In this document: piece after piece, positions 58,747-64,000 of the stretch
Layout: each line of letters begins with the position of its first letter
Numbering within the stretch: position 1 is the first letter of the stretch
DNA from: a candidate division WWE3 bacterium RIFCSPHIGHO2_01_FULL_40_23
Lineage (GTDB): Bacteria > Patescibacteriota > WWE3 > UBA101185 > 2-01-FULL-41-18
Assembly (NCBI GenBank): GCA_001772615.1
Contig: MEUZ01000004.1
Location: 8,455-72,454, forward strand
Reading direction: 5' to 3'
Length of the DNA stretch: 64,000 bases
Program-made: the position numbers and the translations under genes
Notes under the pieces: model-generated
Database searches by the model: none
What the model was told of the DNA's origin: nothing
What the model saw: only the letters and a program-made list of their open reading frames with translations

Positions 58747-59340
58747 ATGGACCAGCCTGTTATTGACCTTATACCGCAGGAAGAAAGAATAAAAAGAGGC
58801 AAGCAAAAAGCCCAGAAAGCAGGGCTTATTATCGCTTTTATTCTTTTCTTCCTCTCGGGCGCTTTATCGGTGGGACTTTATTTTTATACAAGAGAAGTTG
58901 ATGAAAAAATTTCTCTTGCGAAGTCATCCGTTGAAGCAAAAAAAGCCAAAATTCAGGACAAGGCCGCCGTTGAGATTTCAATTAGAAACCTTGATGCAAA
59001 ATATAAAGTCTTATCAAACATACTTCATACAAGGCTTTATTACTCTCTTCTTCTTGAAGAACTTTCGCAAAGAATACCCCAAAGCGTGAATGTTAACACC
59101 CTTGACAGCTCAACAGCCGATACCGTGAGTCTTACAGGAACATCCTCCGATTACATATCCCTCGCAAAATTTCTCAACTCTCTTTCTGATCCGAACCTTG
59201 CCAGTCCTTCGGCAACACCAAAAGACAAGAATATGTTTACAAACATAGCTATAAATAGTGTTACACTTGACCCCTTGACGGCCGAAGCCAGATTTAATCT
59301 GACTATTAATCTTGATACGGAGTTATTAAAGAAGGAGTAA
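58747..59340 (+). CDS. pilN: PilN-like type IV pilus assembly protein
   Basis: Short cytoplasmic N-terminus, single TM, coiled-coil periplasmic region; position after pilM. Confidence 0.55.
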   Translation: MDQPVIDLIPQEERIKRGKQKAQKAGLIIAFILFFLSGALSVGLYFYTREVDEKISLAKSSVEAKKAKIQDKAAVEISIRNLDAKYKVLSNILHTRLYYSLLLEELSQRIPQSVNVNTLDSSTADTVSLTGTSSDYISLAKFLNSLSDPNLASPSATPKDKNMFTNIAINSVTLDPLTAEARFNLTINLDTELLKKE

Positions 59341-59341
59341 C

Positions 59342-60076
59342 ATGGAACTTGCCAAATCGGGAAAGCCAAAAATAGCTAAAGATTTTTTCATTTACTTTCT
59401 GCTTCCGATATTGCTTCTTGGAGGTACCGCGGCTCTTTCCGTATTAATTGCCTATCCCGCTTATAAAGACCTTCCTGTTAAAGATTCAGAACTTAAAGCA
59501 TTGCAGGAAAAAGACTTAAGGCTTGATCAAAAACTTAAAAAACTTAATGATCTGACCGACTTTAAAGAAATTGTAGATGAAGATTTAAAGTTAGTTAACT
59601 TTGCGCTTCCTTCGGAAGCCGAAGTACCTCTTCTTTTAACGGAGGTTCAACAAATAGCGAAAGAATCAGGGCTTGCAATAGGGGCTTTAAACTACTCTTC
59701 AAGCGGACCTAATGAAGCCGGTGATACAAGCAGAGTTAATGTCTTTCTTAACGCGAAGGGAAACTTTAGTCAAACTAAGACATTTCTTGTAACTTTAGAA
59801 AAAGCCGCAAGAATAGTTGATATCTCAACGATTAGGTTTTCTTCTTTAAAAGGAGCCAGTCCCCAGTCACTTGAAGTATCGGAAATTGACTTATCGCTTG
59901 GCTTAACATCGCCTTTTCTTTTCGTGGAGTCAAAAGCTGTCACCGAAGACCCCATAACCATTGATATAAGAGATGGTGCTTTTGTTAAGTTTATGAACAA
60001 TCTAAAAAATTATAAGGTTTATGAAACTGTTGTTGACACTTCAAATATAGGAAAAGAAAACCCCTTTGTGCAATAA
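59342..60076 (+). CDS. PilO-like type IV pilus assembly protein
   Basis: Single TM then coiled coil and alpha/beta domain; position after pilN-like gene. Confidence 0.45.
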   Translation: MELAKSGKPKIAKDFFIYFLLPILLLGGTAALSVLIAYPAYKDLPVKDSELKALQEKDLRLDQKLKKLNDLTDFKEIVDEDLKLVNFALPSEAEVPLLLTEVQQIAKESGLAIGALNYSSSGPNEAGDTSRVNVFLNAKGNFSQTKTFLVTLEKAARIVDISTIRFSSLKGASPQSLEVSEIDLSLGLTSPFLFVESKAVTEDPITIDIRDGAFVKFMNNLKNYKVYETVVDTSNIGKENPFVQ

Positions 60077-60128
60077 CCCCCTCCTCCTCGGGGTATATTC
60101 TAAAATTCACCTTGGAAACCCTCCGCAT

Positions 60129-60332
60129 AAGACAACAGGAAATGCCTCTTAAGGGGCACTCGGAGCGCAATGTTTTGTCATCCTGAACTTGACTTAGGAT
60201 CTGTGATAAGATTACCGCTTTCGCGGGAATGACATCGCATTGCGCGAGAAAGAACGCCGCGAGTTCTGTGCTATACAATTAATTATTAGAGACTAGCGGA
60301 CGTGACCCCGTAGAGGCATTTCCTGTTGTCTT
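60129..60332. repeat. perfect 21-bp inverted repeat (aagacaacaggaaatgcctct / agaggcatttcctgttgtctt) enclosing a 162-bp structured segment
   Basis: Read directly; encloses nested inverted repeats gcgcaatg/cattgcgc and element A below. Confidence 0.8.
60176..60235 (+). repeat. structured inverted-repeat element, copy A (tgtcatcc..ccgctttcgcgggaatgacat)
   Basis: ATGTCAT-type terminal inverted repeat plus GAAA/TTTC-loop hairpin; second copy at 62797..62890. Confidence 0.6.
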
Positions 60333-60353
60333 CCAGATCGGGGACTTTAAAAC

Positions 60354-61163
60354 TTAATTTTGTAAAGGAGTGTCATCTGAAGTGGAAAAGATTGCAAAGT
60401 CAAATTCCGAAGGAAGATAAGGTTTGGTCTTAAGCGCTGTTACTGTCTTTACAACATCACTAACAGCTCCAGTAGCGGTAATCACATAACCCTGGATAGG
60501 GAGAGCTGATCCGCCTTTAGGTATTACGTGAAGATTAATATCATTGTAAATAGCTCGGACTCTTAGAAATAAAGGTGTAGTTTTGGCTGGAACCGTAAAA
60601 CAGTTAGGATATGAAAGATCGGATGCGGCAGTTGAAAAACCATTAGAACCATGAAGGGTAGAAGCGGCATTATAAGCATACTTTGACAGAGAATACGGAG
60701 AAGCCCCATGCACATAAGAAACGTAAACCGAAGGGTTATCACCGCTTGCGGCGTCATCCCAGCAAAGTTCTACCGTGCTTGATGAACTATACCCCGTAAG
60801 ATCAACCTCGTATGTTGCATTCTTTTCAACCTTAACATCAAGCTGATTTGTTGAATTCCCGTAATGGGAAAGAGTGGCCTGGGCTGTTGCGGTGATGCCA
60901 TCGGAGCCCGTTATGATAAGCTGACATGCGGACCCGCAGCTGTTGTTAGCTATGTAATCATCAAGCGTACCGGAATTTAAAGTAAGGATCCTTTCAACAA
61001 GGGCTTCAGCTACCCCTAAAGCCCTTACAGAGGAATCAATTTTAACGCTTCTTTTAAACCCTTGTATGACCCTATTGGAAACAATAAGTCCTGTAGCAAG
61101 AGCAAGGATCATAACAAGCAGCACAATTACAAGTGTCTGCCCTTTTTGATTGTAATAAAGCAT
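60354..61163 (-). CDS. PilX-like minor pilin/pseudopilin
   Basis: N-terminus KGQTLVIVLLVMILALATGLIVS; paralog of 54864..55784. Confidence 0.5.
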   Translation of the reverse strand: MLYYNQKGQTLVIVLLVMILALATGLIVSNRVIQGFKRSVKIDSSVRALGVAEALVERILTLNSGTLDDYIANNSCGSACQLIITGSDGITATAQATLSHYGNSTNQLDVKVEKNATYEVDLTGYSSSSTVELCWDDAASGDNPSVYVSYVHGASPYSLSKYAYNAASTLHGSNGFSTAASDLSYPNCFTVPAKTTPLFLRVRAIYNDINLHVIPKGGSALPIQGYVITATGAVSDVVKTVTALKTKPYLPSEFDFAIFSTSDDTPLQN

Positions 61164-61165
61164 AT

Positions 61166-61738
61166 TTAATAACTTGCTCCTAGCATTACAACGGAGGTTC
61201 TAAAGTAGGATCCCGCAGATTGTGACACCTGTGACGACGGGACAGCAAAATATATGGTTATCGCAAAGGTGTAAGGACTTACTGATACCAACTGAAATGA
61301 AGAAACTAAAACATTAATTGTCACTCCTTCAGTGTTGTCGCAGTTGGTTATCGGCTCTTTAGAAGCTCCATTTACTGACCTGGTTACAGCTATCACCGAA
61401 CCGCACGGAGAACCAGCGGACCCAAGACCGGAAGCTGACTCAATCGTATAAGTTATACTATCTCCAGCTTGGTCAACCATCGTCACCAAGTTGGAAGATC
61501 CAAGCGCAGTAGGGGACGTGAGAGATCTTGCGTTTTTTAAATCATAAGAAAGCTTTGCCAAAGCATAATTTCCGTTTTGCTCAACTTCATTTAAGGACCT
61601 GGTTTTGTTGTAGCTTCTGATTATTGTCACAACAAGGTCCCCGGCAACTCCTACCGAAATCAGAAGAACCGAAACAACAACCAAAAGTTCTATCAAAGTA
61701 AAGCCCTTTTCTCTGATTTTTGTCATCTTCCCCTCCAA
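61166..61738 (-). CDS. type IV pilin/pseudopilin with prepilin peptidase cleavage motif
   Basis: KGFTLIELLVVVSVLLI class III signal (G/FTLIE). Confidence 0.6.
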   Translation of the reverse strand: MEGKMTKIREKGFTLIELLVVVSVLLISVGVAGDLVVTIIRSYNKTRSLNEVEQNGNYALAKLSYDLKNARSLTSPTALGSSNLVTMVDQAGDSITYTIESASGLGSAGSPCGSVIAVTRSVNGASKEPITNCDNTEGVTINVLVSSFQLVSVSPYTFAITIYFAVPSSQVSQSAGSYFRTSVVMLGASY

Positions 61739-62244
61739 TTAGTAAAATCAGTAGTGTTATAAACCCTTTCGGTTTTACCTCCAAGACTCCAGGAAACAAT
61801 AGCGGTGATTCTTATCACGTCATCATTGTAGCTTGTATCAGAGCAGGTCGCAGGAGAGGGAGAAGGACAGGAGGAAATAATATAATAGGTAAACGGGGAT
61901 ACGTTCGTACCAGCGGCCCCTGTCGTAAACAACCCGCTAGTTAACATATCAAAGTAACAATGGGACGCGGTAAGACATGTTGAGGTATTGTTATTGTAAA
62001 AGGCCGTTAAAAATTGGCTCCACGTATTTGAATCCCTATAAGATCTTGCGTATTCCAGTTGAGCCTGCGCTATTTGTGTAGCTTGAGCTATATATGTTGA
62101 CTGTCTTGAGTTGCGAAGCGCAAAAACCCCAAGAGCAACAAGAGCCGTCACAACAATGATGGAAACAGAAGCGGCAAGAAGGGTCTCAACAAGTCCCTGT
62201 CCTTCTTCTGACTTAACCTGTCTTAAAAGCCACTTTAAGGACAT
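61723..62244 (-). CDS. type IV pseudopilin-like protein
   Basis: EEGQGLVETLLAASVSIIVV prepilin-like N-terminus (less canonical). Confidence 0.45.
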   Translation of the reverse strand: MSLKWLLRQVKSEEGQGLVETLLAASVSIIVVTALVALGVFALRNSRQSTYIAQATQIAQAQLEYARSYRDSNTWSQFLTAFYNNNTSTCLTASHCYFDMLTSGLFTTGAAGTNVSPFTYYIISSCPSPSPATCSDTSYNDDVIRITAIVSWSLGGKTERVYNTTDFTNWRGR

Positions 62245-62750
62245 GAGTTTACCCCCTTTATCAAACCACTACCATTAATTTCAACCGAATAACATGTAGA
62301 ACTGCCGGATATAGAGGTTCGCACATAAATATTACTGTAAAGGCCCGTCTGGGTTACTATACCTGATCCCATCGCATAATAAATACAAGCGGGGGAAGAG
62401 CTCACACCAAGTGTTGCATCACCCGGAAGAACGGCAGAGGTATCAACAACAGTTATAGAACCACAGCTTGTAGTATCGGCTGATTTTCCTATATTAAAGG
62501 TTGTGCCCCCGCTAGAAGCCCTGAAAACCCAATAAGAGTAATTCGTTGAGTCAACACCGGCCATTGCTCTGATCTGCGTATCCCTTATCCCGTTTTTTAT
62601 CTGCTCCTGCGACTGCTTTAGGTTCTGCGAACGAATAAAGTTATTAAAGTTAGGTATTGTAACAGCCGTAAGAACAGCAAGTATTGAAACGGAAACAAGC
62701 AGTTCAACAAGAGTGAAACCCGGGTTTTTAAAGGCAGGAAACTTATTCAT
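62235..62750 (-). CDS. type IV pilin/pseudopilin with prepilin cleavage motif (start at internal Met)
   Basis: NPGFTLVELLVSVSILAVL class III signal. Confidence 0.6.
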   Translation of the reverse strand: MNKFPAFKNPGFTLVELLVSVSILAVLTAVTIPNFNNFIRSQNLKQSQEQIKNGIRDTQIRAMAGVDSTNYSYWVFRASSGGTTFNIGKSADTTSCGSITVVDTSAVLPGDATLGVSSSPACIYYAMGSGIVTQTGLYSNIYVRTSISGSSTCYSVEINGSGLIKGVNSCP

Positions 62751-62796
62751 CCTGGCATTAATGTTATATAAGAAGAGTAGGGGAGTCAATCAGAGC

Positions 62797-62890
62797 ATGT
62801 CATTCCAGACCTGCCTGCTGCAAGCAGGCACATAATCTGGGATATCTACAGAAGATCCGACGGGATCCCTGCTTTCGCAGGGATGACATC
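62797..62890 (+). repeat. structured inverted-repeat element, copy B (atgtcattcc..ccctgctttcgcagggatgacat)
   Basis: Same termini and internal tttcgc hairpin as copy A, plus hairpin gcctgctgcaagcaggc; lies 47 nt upstream of the pilin gene start on the minus strand. Confidence 0.6.
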
Positions 62891-63379
62891 TCAATTAATA
62901 ATAGTGAGATCTGTTCCTACTTCATAAAAGCCGTTGTTATCACCTCCGTCATCTTCCATCTTCTCGGTAAAGTATTCAAGTTTCACATTTACCTCATAAG
63001 AAGAACCGCTTCTCTGATATAAGTATCTATAAGTATTATCATTAATAGGATCTATGGGAAGCCTTGTCAGATAACTGCTTAAGTCGGAAACAATCCAGCC
63101 TGAAGAAGAACTCTCAACAGGTCCCGCATTCCCTTCAGGAATAACATTGCTATATCTCATTGTATCATCTTCATCAGGGGGTGACTCATTATTTAATACA
63201 TACTCCTCAATTGCCGAGGAAAGCCTCACGGCATCTGACAGCCTTACATTATCTCTTGCTTTACGCTGGTAAATCACGGGGTTAATAAATATGGAAACAA
63301 TCAGAGCAATAAGCCCAAGAAGCAAAAATATTACTGTAAGTTCTAAAAGAGTGTAGCCTTTTTCATTTCCCACAATCAT
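62891..63379 (-). CDS. type IV pilin/pseudopilin with prepilin cleavage motif
   Basis: KGYTLLELTVIFLLLGLIALIV class III signal. Confidence 0.6.
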   Translation of the reverse strand: MIVGNEKGYTLLELTVIFLLLGLIALIVSIFINPVIYQRKARDNVRLSDAVRLSSAIEEYVLNNESPPDEDDTMRYSNVIPEGNAGPVESSSSGWIVSDLSSYLTRLPIDPINDNTYRYLYQRSGSSYEVNVKLEYFTEKMEDDGGDNNGFYEVGTDLTIIN

Positions 63380-63948
63380 CTGCCTTCAACGCCATAACAA
63401 TAGTCGCTTGTCATGAAGGAGCCGCAGATACCGCTCCAGTTTGTAAGAGATCCGCAGGGATTGGTATCGTTGGATGTAGGCACACTCATCATAGTAGTAA
63501 GGACGTATCTACTTGCTCTTGCCGAAGAGGTAGATAACGCTGGAGCCCAGTAGTTATATCGCCTTGAGGTAGTGTCAGTGCAGGCGCTTGCCGGAGCACT
63601 TGAGCTGTACTCGGGGTCATTTGGTATTTGTGTTAGAACGGCGGAGCCTAAAGTACCATCAACCGCAAGAAGCTGTGAGCTTAAATTATCGGTTCCCGTA
63701 ACTTTAACAAAAACGCTTTCACTTGTAGATGTATTATTCGCAATAGATGCCGGGTAAGCTCTGTATCTTAAGTAATACCTTTCAAGCGCGGCCTGAATAG
63801 TTTTTATGTCTGCGGCTCTTTGAGAATCTGTTGCTTTTGATCTTACCTGGACGGGATTAATCACAACAAGAGCCACGCCCATAAGAATTACTATCAAAAG
63901 CACCGAGAGAAGAAGTTCAATTAATGTAAAACCAAATGTCTTTTTCAT
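63376..63948 (-). CDS. type IV pilin (candidate major pilin) with prepilin cleavage motif
   Basis: MKKTFGFTLIELLLSVLLIVILMGVALV class III signal; first gene of the minus-strand pilin operon in this window. Confidence 0.65.
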   Translation of the reverse strand: MKKTFGFTLIELLLSVLLIVILMGVALVVINPVQVRSKATDSQRAADIKTIQAALERYYLRYRAYPASIANNTSTSESVFVKVTGTDNLSSQLLAVDGTLGSAVLTQIPNDPEYSSSAPASACTDTTSRRYNYWAPALSTSSARASRYVLTTMMSVPTSNDTNPCGSLTNWSGICGSFMTSDYCYGVEGR

Positions 63949-64000
63949 ACTTAAGGATTCGGATTTTGCAGTCCATAACAGAAAGATGCCGCCGAGTAAG

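Noticed and set aside
1-64000. Alternative genetic code (UGA recoding as in some CPR lineages)
   Set aside because: Long housekeeping genes (pheT, recG, typA, thrS, PBP1A) are intact under the standard code and terminate at sensible positions.

Overview
This window is AT-rich, gene-dense bacterial DNA in the standard genetic code, and its gene content suggests a small-genome, possibly CPR/Patescibacteria-like organism. Indicators are a trigger factor without a PPIase domain, an ACP homolog lacking the phosphopantetheine-acceptor Ser, three tandem GT-C membrane glycosyltransferases, many small membrane or secreted proteins and a type IV pilus locus.

Confidently recognised housekeeping genes are sodA, tgt, ruvCAB, a ddl-like ligase, tig, clpP, truB, typA/bipA, thrS, infC-rpmI-rplT-pheST, a PBP1A homolog, tyrS, recG, rsmD, rpmF, nusB, rnc, rpsP and a KH protein. 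Six tRNAs were identified by hand-folding: Gly-TCC, Arg-TCT, Leu-TAA, Pro-TGG, Leu-TAG and Val-GAC.

The most unusual content is listed below.
1. A 4.8-kb gene with foreign GC content and codon usage sits inside the otherwise conserved thrS-infC-rpmI-rplT-pheST cluster. It encodes a 1594-aa protein with concanavalin A-like (LamG) repeats that resembles MshQ.
2. A roughly 430-nt GC-rich unit lies between tRNA-Val and truB, with a near-consensus sigma70 promoter and an intrinsic terminator. It could be a structured ncRNA or a foreign small gene.
3. A cysteine-motif locus lies downstream of a histidine-kinase fragment. It holds two DUF1573-like CxC proteins, a CcdA/DsbD-like membrane protein fused to a CxxC domain, and a CxxC...CC membrane protein.
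4. A family of structured inverted-repeat elements occurs twice in the pilin gene cluster, once enclosed by a perfect 21-bp inverted repeat.
5. A 23-bp duplication of the tRNA-Leu 3' end flanks a 153-bp GC-rich segment.
6. A class III adenylyl cyclase is fused to a transmembrane segment and a long low-complexity tail encoded by tandem DNA repeats.

No CRISPR array, transposase, integrase or reverse transcriptase was seen.
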